Source: a virus (lineage: Duplodnaviria > Heunggongvirae > Uroviricota > Caudoviricetes). From it: 43,496 bases of DNA. The stretch lies in the IMG/VR virus record IMGVR_UViG_2718218360_000017; one strand, written 5' to 3'. A model generated the notes under the pieces. The model had not been told where the DNA came from and did not search any database. It saw nothing but the letters and a program-made list of their open reading frames with translations. The position numbers and the translations under genes were made by a program. How positions within the stretch are numbered: the first letter of the stretch is position 1; every line of letters starts with the position of its first letter. This document shows, in pieces, positions 10,357 through 18,983 of this stretch.

Positions 10357-11985
10357 TCAGGACCGCATACTGACTTTCCGCCTTCCATAAATCACGGCGC
10401 TGCCGGCTGATTTTCTCATTCGCACCGCTGTGTTTTTCCAGCGTCCTGAGCTCAGCTTCAAGGGCAAGCAGGCTTCTCTTGCCTGCTCCTCTTCCCTCTC
10501 CCCGGCAGAGCGCGTTTTCGGTGATGTATGCTTTTTACCTGTCAGCTCTTCAGCCAGACGGCTGACGGCTTCCTGCTGCCCTGGACCTTTGCTGACGCCT
10601 GTTGCACGCGAGCGGTTGATGTACCCCATTTCCCCCTGGCGTATACGCGCATCCCGTTCCGCAATGGATTTTCTCAGCGCCAGTTCATCGCGTTTTGTTT
10701 TCTCAATAAATACGCGGTTCTCTTCTGCCAGTTCACCAAACAACGCACCAACGCCGGGCACATTCTTTGTCGTTTCCCAGGCTGACTGAATAAATTCAGC
10801 CAGCGCCAGATCCCCCTGCACAAGCAGCAGCTTCACTTGTTCAACGGTTCCGGCCACCACGTCAGTGATCAGACTGAGTGCCCCCAGTGTATGATCACCT
10901 ATCCATGCCCATGCGTCAGAAGTCCAGGTTTTAACATCGTCCCAGATTTTTTCCACCGGCGTGGCCGCTTTATCAAGTTGCTCCAGACGTGCATTCATGA
11001 CATCCGCAAACAGGGACATCGCCTCCGTCACCGCAGCCTGTTTACCTTTCGTGCGCTCAAGCTCATCAATATGGCGTAACTGGGAAACGCTCAGGAAGTT
11101 ATACTGCTGATTCAGGGAGGCCAGCGCCTTCACCGGATCTGCTGCAATCCCTTCAAAGGCTTTTTCCACCTTCCCGGCATCGTCCCCCACCGTCTGCAGC
11201 CATCTCTGAGAGGTTTCCCCCATGATCCGTAGCTGCCCGGCGGTATATTTCCCGCTTTCTGCCAGACGGGCCAGATTTTCTGCCGCCTGTCTGATACCAC
11301 CACCGGCTTCATCGCTGATCACCCCGGCCATTTTCCACAATTCTGCCGTTGTGGTGGCAGCCGCCCCTCCGGTCAGGATCAGTGAACGCAATAAGGCCCG
11401 ATCAGCCTGCTCTGCCTGCCAGGCGGCGGCAGCAAGCGCGGCCAGTACGGCAACCCCGCCACCTGCCGCCACACGGGCCACCGACATAAATCGTCCCAGC
11501 TCACCGGCATTCCGGGCATTTTCAGCCAGTGCATTTGCCGTATCTGACAGCGACTCCTCTGATGATTCAGAGGCATCCCTGATCCCGAGAAGTTCCTCCT
11601 TCAGCAGGGTAAGCAGGCTGAGCGGTCCACCGAATGAATCGCTGATCTGCCCCCCCTGCTGCAGCATGATAAGGAAGGGATTCTGACCACCGGCAAGCTG
11701 AGTGACAATATCCGTGAACTGTGCGGGCAGTGTGCGCATGGCAGCCTTATACTGTCCGACTGATATCCCGGCTTTTTGTGCAGCCAGCGCCTGTCGGCTC
11801 AGACTCTGCTCAGCAGCATCAGCCTGTTTTCTGAAAGACTGACTGACTTTCCCGGACATCAAATCAGCAAGCGCACTGGTTTCACCCAGCTCTTTTTTTA
11901 CCCGCGCTGCCTCTTCAGAAAAACGGGCAGAATCCAGTGTCAGCACGGCTGTCAGATCGGCAAAATTACCTGCCATCGTGGTCAC
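10357..11985 (-). CDS. H: Tail tape measure protein H, N-terminal portion; frame lost after ..TRSAGE near 10485
   Basis: 542-aa ORF with lambda gpH N-terminal/central homology (..QSLSRQALAAQKAGISVGQYKAAMR..); the last ~50 codons look like out-of-frame read-through. Confidence 0.85.
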   Translation of the reverse strand: MTTMAGNFADLTAVLTLDSARFSEEAARVKKELGETSALADLMSGKVSQSFRKQADAAEQSLSRQALAAQKAGISVGQYKAAMRTLPAQFTDIVTQLAGGQNPFLIMLQQGGQISDSFGGPLSLLTLLKEELLGIRDASESSEESLSDTANALAENARNAGELGRFMSVARVAAGGGVAVLAALAAAAWQAEQADRALLRSLILTGGAAATTTAELWKMAGVISDEAGGGIRQAAENLARLAESGKYTAGQLRIMGETSQRWLQTVGDDAGKVEKAFEGIAADPVKALASLNQQYNFLSVSQLRHIDELERTKGKQAAVTEAMSLFADVMNARLEQLDKAATPVEKIWDDVKTWTSDAWAWIGDHTLGALSLITDVVAGTVEQVKLLLVQGDLALAEFIQSAWETTKNVPGVGALFGELAEENRVFIEKTKRDELALRKSIAERDARIRQGEMGYINRSRATGVSKGPGQQEAVSRLAEELTGKKHTSPKTRSAGEREEEQAREACLPLKLSSGRWKNTAVRMRKSAGSAVIYGRRKVSMRS

Positions 11986-12019
11986 CTCCTGAAATGTCCT
12001 CTGATACCATCAATAACTG

Positions 12020-12328
12020 TCACAACCTCCTTCCCTCCTCCCCGAAACGGACTCCACCGGCGAGGCCCGCCGCCTTCTGCATCAGTACATCATTTTCGTC
12101 CGGCGTCTCCGCCTGTCCTTCCTCTGCCTCCGGAGCGAACAGGCTGAAATCCGCCGGATGCATATCCGGATCGCAAAAAAACAGGCTGAGTACGGCGTAC
12201 ATCAGCCCGGAAAAATGCATATCCAGCTGGGTATCCTGAAAATAATGCGTGCAGTAAAAACGTCGCCAGTCGGCATATTCGGTGGATGTCATCCCGGCAA
12301 GCATGGCGCGCCAGTCGGCTCTCCCCAT
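12020..12328 (-). CDS. T: Tail assembly protein T segment of the G-T programmed-frameshift fusion product
   Basis: Lambda gpT-like sequence (..ADWRAMLAGMTSTEYADWRRFY..DMHFSGLMYAVLSLFF..) in the -1 frame relative to G. Confidence 0.8.
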   Translation of the reverse strand: MGRADWRAMLAGMTSTEYADWRRFYCTHYFQDTQLDMHFSGLMYAVLSLFFCDPDMHPADFSLFAPEAEEGQAETPDENDVLMQKAAGLAGGVRFGEEGRRL

Positions 12329-12354
12329 CTCACGCGCCAGTTTCAGGACAAAGT

Positions 12355-12777
12355 TCAGCTCGCCTTCGAATGCTTTTTTGATGTTACCGGCTCAGTCGCT
12401 TCTGTTTTCCCGGTTGGTTCAGGATCGGCATCGTGCCGGTTATCCAGCATACCTGAAAGATAAAGCACCCGGTTCGTTGCCTGATTCAGTGCATCAGCAG
12501 GCCATCCCAGCATCACTTCACGGCGGATCTGCTGCATCTCTGTCTCCGGAGAGGCCAGAGTGCCTTTGAGGGAATGGGAATGCCATAGCGACATCGCCAC
12601 AAGCAGGGATGCCGTTTCCAGATATCGCTGGTTAATGCGCACGACATCATGCTTCGTTGTCTTCTGTTGTTCTGCGTCTGAAACAAACTTCATATAATCA
12701 AACCGCTGCAGCGCAGACAATTCGGAAAGCGTGACGGACACACCGTTATATTCAAATTGTTCTGTTTTCAGAAACAT
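12355..12777 (-). CDS. G: Tail assembly chaperone G
   Basis: 140 aa, MFLKTEQFEYNGVSVTLSELSALQR.., lambda gpG-like; ends just after a slippery run. Confidence 0.9.
   Translation of the reverse strand: MFLKTEQFEYNGVSVTLSELSALQRFDYMKFVSDAEQQKTTKHDVVRINQRYLETASLLVAMSLWHSHSLKGTLASPETEMQQIRREVMLGWPADALNQATNRVLYLSGMLDNRHDADPEPTGKTEATEPVTSKKHSKAS
12372..12380 (-). other. Candidate -1 programmed ribosomal frameshift site A AAA AAG for G-T production
   Basis: Heptamer tcA AAA AAG in the G frame about 8 codons before the G stop; the T frame is open in -1 from this point (position approximate). Confidence 0.5.
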
Positions 12778-12790
12778 GTATTACCTCCGT

Positions 12791-13543
12791 TTACCCTGCA
12801 GCGCCCGCTTCAGTAACGGTGACTTCAGCCACTGCGGCGAACTGACCATTTCCGCTCACCACAGGGATCTGCACCTTACCTGTCGCCACGCCGTTTACCG
12901 TAATTGTCATATCTTTCACACTAATGGTGGCTTTCGACGGATCGGCGGAAACCGCTCTGAACGTCTTGTCGGTTGCACTTTCCGGCTCAAAAGAAACCGT
13001 CAGGGTGGTTGTTTTCCCTTTTGCCACCGTACCGGATGTCGGTGTCACCTTAATTGCAGTGGCCGGCGTAATTTCGCTGCGTTCTTCCGCCACGGAAGGT
13101 TTGCCCACGTTAGTGACTTTCACCGTGCGGGTGATCACTTCTTTCGCCGTCACGGCCTTACCGATACTGCTGACCCAGCCACGGAACACATCCACCGTGC
13201 CATTTGGGAAACGGATTTTATAGGCCCGCACATCCCCGCTTTCAAACCAGCCTATAAGCCCTTTCTGACCTTCTTCTCCCGGTTTCCAGGCCAGCGTAAA
13301 ACTGGTATCTCCTGCAGACTTCTGCCCCTGCCCGGTCGCGGTCCAGTCCGCGTCTTCATCATCCAGGTAGTTATCATCGTAGGGTTCTGCCGTCATCTCG
13401 CCCGGCGTCAGATCCTTCACCTTAGCCAGTCGCTGCCAGTCATCGTCTGACAACGGGTTTGCATAAGCATCACCCTTGCCGTTGTAAACCCACAGAGTGG
13501 TACCGGCACCTTTTACCGGCTCAAGGGGATTTGGTGTTGCCAT
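12791..13543 (-). CDS. V: Major tail protein V with C-terminal Ig-like extension
   Basis: 250 aa with a lambda gpV-like N-terminal domain and an Ig-like C-terminal domain (..[28 protein letters not shown]..). Confidence 0.9.
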   Translation of the reverse strand: MATPNPLEPVKGAGTTLWVYNGKGDAYANPLSDDDWQRLAKVKDLTPGEMTAEPYDDNYLDDEDADWTATGQGQKSAGDTSFTLAWKPGEEGQKGLIGWFESGDVRAYKIRFPNGTVDVFRGWVSSIGKAVTAKEVITRTVKVTNVGKPSVAEERSEITPATAIKVTPTSGTVAKGKTTTLTVSFEPESATDKTFRAVSADPSKATISVKDMTITVNGVATGKVQIPVVSGNGQFAAVAEVTVTEAGAAG

Positions 13544-13550
13544 ATCGTCC

Positions 13551-13949
13551 TCACATCTCGTAGGTAATTTTCCACAGGAGATCTGCCGATCCCCACATCA
13601 TAAACTCATCATCCCGGCGGTAGTCATACCCCTGAAGATTCATCTTCAGCAGTAATGCACTGAGCCCGGGAACTGCCTCCAGCGCAGGAAGAATTTTTTC
13701 TTCCATCCACATATCCAGTGCCGAGTCCGGTTCTTTTGCCCTGAGAAAAACCTCAATATGCAGTGTCGCCTCCCAGGTTCCCTCATCAACGAACTCGTCA
13801 GCAGCAGACGCATCTGTCAGGTAAACAGCAACAGCAGGCAGTTCCTGTTCATCAATAAAAACCGGGCGACCGTCAAACCAGCTCACCCTCTCAGAAATAT
13901 TGTCTTTCAGGGCAGACAGAACTGCCGCCCGTATTTCACGGTGTTTCAT
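13551..13949 (-). CDS. U: Tail terminator protein U
   Basis: 132 aa, [11 protein letters not shown]...GYDYRRDD...ITYEM, collinear with lambda gpU. Confidence 0.9.
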   Translation of the reverse strand: MKHREIRAAVLSALKDNISERVSWFDGRPVFIDEQELPAVAVYLTDASAADEFVDEGTWEATLHIEVFLRAKEPDSALDMWMEEKILPALEAVPGLSALLLKMNLQGYDYRRDDEFMMWGSADLLWKITYEM

Positions 13950-13961
13950 ACACCCTCCCAG

Positions 13962-14591
13962 TCATTTTCTTTTCAGCACCAGGCGTAACTGATGCGTCAT
14001 GGCTTTCATCATCTGCGCCGGTAATTTTTCCCGGTACATCCGGTCCCGTTCACGTTCAAAGGTTTCTGCCAGCGGTCCGGCAGTCGTAATCTTCACCACT
14101 TCGATCGGCAGACGGTGGCGTTTCGGCCTCCCTTTGCTGTCCGCGCCGGTGGATGATGATGCCCACGGCATACGCTGCATCACATGCCAGCGTCCGTTAG
14201 CCAGCCGGGTGATAAAGGCGTCCGGGATCCGTCTTTTCCCCACAATCAGCACACTGCCGCCCCCTTTCAGGGCCGCACGCTGTCCTTTCTTTCTCCGTTT
14301 TCTGCGGGAAAGTCGAACGCGGGCCTCCCCCAGTTTGATGGCGGGCAGGTTGCCGGTATTGATGTAAACCTTTGCGTAAACCTTATCCGGTCGTGCCGGA
14401 CTTAACCGGATGCGGGCACGGATAAGACGACGGGGAACGGCCAGCTCCCTGGCAACTGAAGAGGCCGTTTTCGCAATAATGGCCCCCGCCACTCGGTTCA
14501 GTGTCGTGGCAGAGGCCCGGGGAACGGCACGGCGATCAATTGCATCCAGATTTTTCATGGCCTGCGCCAGACCTTTTATTGCCATACTCAT
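13962..14591 (-). CDS. Z: Tail completion protein Z
   Basis: ..RRKRRKKGQRAALKGGGSVLIVGKRRIPDAFITRLANGRWHVMQR.. matches lambda gpZ. Confidence 0.85.
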   Translation of the reverse strand: MSMAIKGLAQAMKNLDAIDRRAVPRASATTLNRVAGAIIAKTASSVARELAVPRRLIRARIRLSPARPDKVYAKVYINTGNLPAIKLGEARVRLSRRKRRKKGQRAALKGGGSVLIVGKRRIPDAFITRLANGRWHVMQRMPWASSSTGADSKGRPKRHRLPIEVVKITTAGPLAETFERERDRMYREKLPAQMMKAMTHQLRLVLKRK

Positions 14592-14869
14592 TCCTGTTCG
14601 ACAAAAATCCGGGGTTTACCGTTGTACGTGTCATAACGGGTCACCGTCAGTGTGCGCCCCGCAAACACAACAACATCATGACGGGCCGGACGGTACCGGG
14701 CTGAAAACACCACCAGTGACAACTGGCTGCCCGAAAGCGCCCCCATCTCCGCGGACTCTTCCTCCGGCATCACGTCGTACACGACGCCGTTAATCTCCGC
14801 CTGTTTGCCCATCACCCGAACGGTCGCCACGTCCATCCGGCAACACATTCGCGTAAACAGATCAGACAT
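14588..14869 (-). CDS. Head-tail connector protein (FII-position)
   Basis: 93-aa ORF at the gene-order position of lambda FII with similar size; weak similarity only. Confidence 0.45.
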   Translation of the reverse strand: MSDLFTRMCCRMDVATVRVMGKQAEINGVVYDVMPEEESAEMGALSGSQLSLVVFSARYRPARHDVVVFAGRTLTVTRYDTYNGKPRIFVEQE

Positions 14870-15188
14870 TGATTTTTACCGCCACAGTGGCGCTGTTTGC
14901 AGGGGCATTTTCCCAGGCTACCCCCGCTGCCACCGCACCGTCTGCAGCCAGCTGCACAACCCCGTCCTTCAGATAAACCACCGCGCCGGACTGAATGTCG
15001 TCAGCAGACTGTTTGGGCAGCAGGAACACGCCTTCGGCAAAACCGTCACCGGCCTCACCGGCAGGAATATCGGTAATGGCCACGGCCACCATACTGCCGA
15101 CCACCACCGCAGCACCGCTCAGGATGGTCTGATCTCCGGCATTCACCAGTTCAATGGTGGTACCGTCCTGTACAAAATTTTTCGCCAT
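14862..15188 (-). CDS. Small head-associated protein (possible decoration/DUF2190-like), directly downstream of the capsid gene
   Basis: 108 aa, Gly/Ala/Val-rich; assignment by position only. Confidence 0.4.
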   Translation of the reverse strand: MAKNFVQDGTTIELVNAGDQTILSGAAVVVGSMVAVAITDIPAGEAGDGFAEGVFLLPKQSADDIQSGAVVYLKDGVVQLAADGAVAAGVAWENAPANSATVAVKINV

Positions 15189-15275
15189 AATGCTGTTTCT
15201 CCGGACAGCCCCTGTGGGGCTGTTTTTCAGGCATAAAAAAAGCCCTTTCGGGCAGTGATTGTGATAACGCGGTTA

Positions 15276-17255
15276 TCAGGCCACCGACGAACGCACCAGC
15301 CCGCGCCAGTCAAGTGGTGCCACTCCGGCATCAATACGGATTTTTGTGGCAATGCCGTCAGTGGTGAAACCTTCCTGCTGATCAATGTATGGCGTGTCCA
15401 CACCATCCAGCCAGGCCACTTCAATGGTGTCAGTGCCCTGTGCCGCCGCCAGATACCAGGTTTTCGGGTCTGCCGCATCAAGACGCGCTTCTGCAATCAC
15501 CTCAGCAAAGTTCTGGATAGGGTTAATGACACCGGCGTTTGCATCCGCCCCTTTCACACTGGCCGATTTGATGGTCTGGTTCGCCACCGTCTCCAGTGCC
15601 ACCGGTACCAGCATAAAGGCCGGACGGATATTCAGGGCACGATCGCCTTCTTTCTGCAGGCGCATCATCTGACGGGCCGCATCCAGTCCGGAAACGGAGA
15701 TCCCCCCGGTGGCAATATTTTTGTGATCGGCATGGAACAGCGCCTTACCGTCGGACAGTTTCGGGTTATCCGTCAGCACCTTGTAGACCAGGTCACCAAT
15801 CGTTGCCTTCGCCGCACGCCCCATCTTCATCGGCACGTCCACCAGCATATTCAGATCATCATTGATAATGGCCTGGCGGGTGATGGAGAAAATCTCCCCG
15901 TAAGTGGCCAGTGCAATGGTCTCCTTGCGATCTGAGGTGGTGATGTATTTATACTCCGCCCCCTCACGAACCTGGCGCAGAGAACCAAAACCGCCCATCC
16001 CCACGCGATACGCTGTTTTGAAGTCTGACAGGCGTCCCTTACGGGTCCACTTCTGGAAGGTTTCTTCTGATTCCTCCCAGCCCTGGATCAGCCCCTTGTT
16101 CGACACATCCAGCAGAATATTGCCAAAATCAGAGGTGCTGTGCGTCAGCGCCAGCCCGACCATCTGCATGGGGTTATAACTGGCCACCCCAATACCGCGC
16201 TCCGTCAGTGACATGCGAGCCCATTCACGCAGGGTCATCCCGTTATAGGCGTTATCCTTCTCGACATTTTCAAATCCGGCACGGGCCAGCATCGCCTGGC
16301 GGATCCCGTCCCCCACAAAATTGCCGTTTCCGGCATAAATATGAGCCGGTGTATTTTTGTTGGTCGGCGAGGACTCCTTGCCCATTTCATTCAGCAGACG
16401 TTCACGGGCCATTTCCAGCGAACAGTCAGGATCAGCCACGCACTGTGCCTGAAGCGTCTGATAGCGACCGCCGAACATGGCAAACAGATCGTTAATGCCT
16501 GACATGCGGGCTTTCTGTTCTGCCATAACGCGGGCGCGAATGGTCGCCTCATCAGACACTGCCGTTACCGGTGATGGTTCTGTTACCGCCGGTGCAGGGA
16601 TTGTCACTGTGGTATCACGCGGGGCACTGTTGCGTGGCGGAGTAATCATGTTTCGGATGGATTCCGGCATCTTTTTAAATTCCTCTGTACGTTTTGACTG
16701 AATACATGCCATTGCCTCAACAGCGGGTGTCACCTGGTCAGCAAATCCGTGTGCCAGACATTCGGCACCGGACATCCAGGTTTCATCCGCCAGCATGGCG
16801 GCAATTTCATCGGTGGTTTTTCCGGTTTTCTGCGCATAGGCTGGCAACAGTACCGATTCGACTTTATCCAGCAAATCGGCATAACTGCGCATATCCTCAG
16901 CATCCCCGCCACTGAATCCCCATGGCTTATGGATCATCATGAAGGCATTTTCCGGCATAATGACCGTATCACCGGCCATCGCAATCACAGATGCCATCGA
17001 GGCGGCAACGCCATCCACATACACGGTAATGGTCGCCCCCTGATTTTTCAGGGCATTAAAAATGGCGATGCCTTCAAAGACATCGCCACCCGGTGAATTG
17101 ATATGGAGATTAATGTGGGTGATATCACCCAGTGCATTCAGTTCGCTGACAAACTGCTTCGCGGTAACTCCCCAGAAACCAATCTCGTCATAAATATAAA
17201 TATCCGCGTCACCCGGCCCCCCAGCTTGCATCCTGAACCAGGATTTATTCTTCAT
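15276..17255 (-). CDS. Prohead protease (ClpP/S49-like) fused to HK97-type major capsid protein
   Basis: N-terminal protease-like segment (..INSPGGDVFEGIAIFNAL..VDGVAASMASVIAMAGD..), C-terminal capsid-like domain; ATG at about 17255 just after the portal stop (the track ORF 15276..17447 is extended upstream into the portal gene). Confidence 0.8.
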   Translation of the reverse strand: MKNKSWFRMQAGGPGDADIYIYDEIGFWGVTAKQFVSELNALGDITHINLHINSPGGDVFEGIAIFNALKNQGATITVYVDGVAASMASVIAMAGDTVIMPENAFMMIHKPWGFSGGDAEDMRSYADLLDKVESVLLPAYAQKTGKTTDEIAAMLADETWMSGAECLAHGFADQVTPAVEAMACIQSKRTEEFKKMPESIRNMITPPRNSAPRDTTVTIPAPAVTEPSPVTAVSDEATIRARVMAEQKARMSGINDLFAMFGGRYQTLQAQCVADPDCSLEMARERLLNEMGKESSPTNKNTPAHIYAGNGNFVGDGIRQAMLARAGFENVEKDNAYNGMTLREWARMSLTERGIGVASYNPMQMVGLALTHSTSDFGNILLDVSNKGLIQGWEESEETFQKWTRKGRLSDFKTAYRVGMGGFGSLRQVREGAEYKYITTSDRKETIALATYGEIFSITRQAIINDDLNMLVDVPMKMGRAAKATIGDLVYKVLTDNPKLSDGKALFHADHKNIATGGISVSGLDAARQMMRLQKEGDRALNIRPAFMLVPVALETVANQTIKSASVKGADANAGVINPIQNFAEVIAEARLDAADPKTWYLAAAQGTDTIEVAWLDGVDTPYIDQQEGFTTDGIATKIRIDAGVAPLDWRGLVRSSVA

Positions 17256-18747
17256 GCTGGCTTTCGGTGTCGCGCTGATACTGTCGTTCAGTTCCGGCAC
17301 TGTTGCCTCCTTTGTCGTTGACGGGGTCAGTATCAAAGACCAGCCCCAGTCTGCTGTTTTCATCAATTTCAGCCTTGCGGCGACGTTTGACCTCATCCGG
17401 ATTGCGCCCACCGGCACGCACCCAGTCAGATTCTGTCGCTGCACCACCCCGGATCTGAATTCTCCAGGCTTCAGCTTCCTTAACCGGGTCGATCCACGGC
17501 ATCACCGGACCGGAATACGTCGCGTTATATAGCGTTTTCATCTCCACATCCGCCGGAATTTTCAGCAGACCTGCCGCAACCACCATATTCAGCCATGTCC
17601 GGTACACCGGGCGGGTTACCGCGCCAATAAAACAGTCCTGCAGGATCAGGTAACCATCCGTGGACTCGACCAGCTCCTGCCGCTGGGCGCTGTAGGTGCC
17701 GTTATAGTTACGCGCCGCACTGGAAAAACTCAGACGACTGCCTGCTGCCACTGCACGCAACTGGCCGTTGCGGAAAGTTTCAAGGTTGGGATTGGGACGG
17801 TCAGATTTGACCATGCCGATATCCTCGCCCTTGCGCAAATCGTCATAAATAATACCCGGGGTGATATGGACTTCCCGCTCGGTCTCTTTGATCCCCGGAT
17901 CTTCATAGTCCTGTCCGTCACCTTTACGGATATACAGTCCCAGCGCCGCAGCAATACGCGCCGCTGTCAGTTCCGCATCCTCATACTCCTTAAGGGCACT
18001 GATCCGCATCAGCACCCCCGATAACATGGATGAGCCTCGCGTCTGATGCAGACGACGAGTGAACTTCAGGTGGATCATTTTTCCGGCAGCGATTTCTTTC
18101 GTATCACTCTGCCGGCCGCTGACCGGATAATTTTTATAAACCAGATATTTTTTCGGTCTTCCCCACTCATCAAGAAAAACCCCCTGATTCAGTCCGGCGG
18201 ATTCATCAGTGCGCATGGGAACAAAATCCGGCTCCATCGCCTCAAGCCAGAATGGCACTCCCGCTGTCCGTTCCAGACCGTTTCCCGCACCACTGACCAT
18301 CTGCGCAAACACTTCACCATCCCGCAGCCAGGTCCGCAGCAGTAAACGTTCAAGCACAGGACGGGTATACTGCCCTGTCACATCCGGACTCACGGACCAT
18401 TCAGCCCACAAACGGCGGATATCCGCAGCCAGCTCAGCCGCCATTTCCCCGTTTTTTCGTAATGGCTGAGGCTCCACAATAATTCCCCTGGCACCAATCA
18501 CCCGCTCTTCCAGCTTGTCAAACACACCAATCACCAGGTCATGATTGATATCCAGAAAACGGGCCTGCTCCCGCAGGGAAACCGCACCGTATTTACTGAG
18601 CTGATCAGCAGAGCGATTTTCCCGCCGGGCTTTATGTGTCCGGGTCGGTTTCACCGCCTCATAGGCCATGATTAACGCCCTTGAACGCAGTCTGGCTGCT
18701 TTCCACCCGGGGGAAAACACGCCGATCACATCATCAATAATTGCCAT
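17245..18747 (-). CDS. Portal protein
   Basis: 500 aa, between the head-tail joining protein and the protease-capsid gene; start overlaps the upstream stop. Confidence 0.85.
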   Translation of the reverse strand: MAIIDDVIGVFSPGWKAARLRSRALIMAYEAVKPTRTHKARRENRSADQLSKYGAVSLREQARFLDINHDLVIGVFDKLEERVIGARGIIVEPQPLRKNGEMAAELAADIRRLWAEWSVSPDVTGQYTRPVLERLLLRTWLRDGEVFAQMVSGAGNGLERTAGVPFWLEAMEPDFVPMRTDESAGLNQGVFLDEWGRPKKYLVYKNYPVSGRQSDTKEIAAGKMIHLKFTRRLHQTRGSSMLSGVLMRISALKEYEDAELTAARIAAALGLYIRKGDGQDYEDPGIKETEREVHITPGIIYDDLRKGEDIGMVKSDRPNPNLETFRNGQLRAVAAGSRLSFSSAARNYNGTYSAQRQELVESTDGYLILQDCFIGAVTRPVYRTWLNMVVAAGLLKIPADVEMKTLYNATYSGPVMPWIDPVKEAEAWRIQIRGGAATESDWVRAGGRNPDEVKRRRKAEIDENSRLGLVFDTDPVNDKGGNSAGTERQYQRDTESQHEE

Positions 18748-18983
18748 TAAAACCTCGCCAGTTTAAATCCCGGTTTTCCCCGCCTGCGGCTCACCATCGC
18801 GGCAAGCCTGCGTTCCCACTCCTGACGTCCGGCGCGGATCTGAGAAAGGCTTTCCAGCGTCAGTTGCTGCCCGTTGAAGGTGACAGACTTTCCCTCCAGT
18901 ACGGCCATTTCCGCTTCACGGTACCGCTGTATCATTTCTCTGGCTTCTTCTGTGCTCACAACCAGCCTCCTGATGTTATCCAT
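18747..18983 (-). CDS. Head-tail joining protein (gpW-like)
   Basis: 78 aa, ..TFNGQQLTLESLSQIRAGRQEWERRL..RRRGKPGFKLARF, similar in size and C-terminus to lambda gpW. Confidence 0.7.
   Translation of the reverse strand: MDNIRRLVVSTEEAREMIQRYREAEMAVLEGKSVTFNGQQLTLESLSQIRAGRQEWERRLAAMVSRRRGKPGFKLARF

Noticed and set aside
12300-12360. Apparent in-frame fusion of G and T when I hand-translated this stretch
   Set aside because: My base-by-base reading here differed from the supplied ORF track by one position at two places; the track (separate G and T ORFs in a -1 relationship) is taken as correct and my reading as a transcription slip.
15276-17447. 723-aa track ORF as the full capsid gene
   Set aside because: The upstream ~190 nt overlap the portal gene in another frame; an ATG at about 17255 directly follows the portal stop, so the real CDS is shorter.
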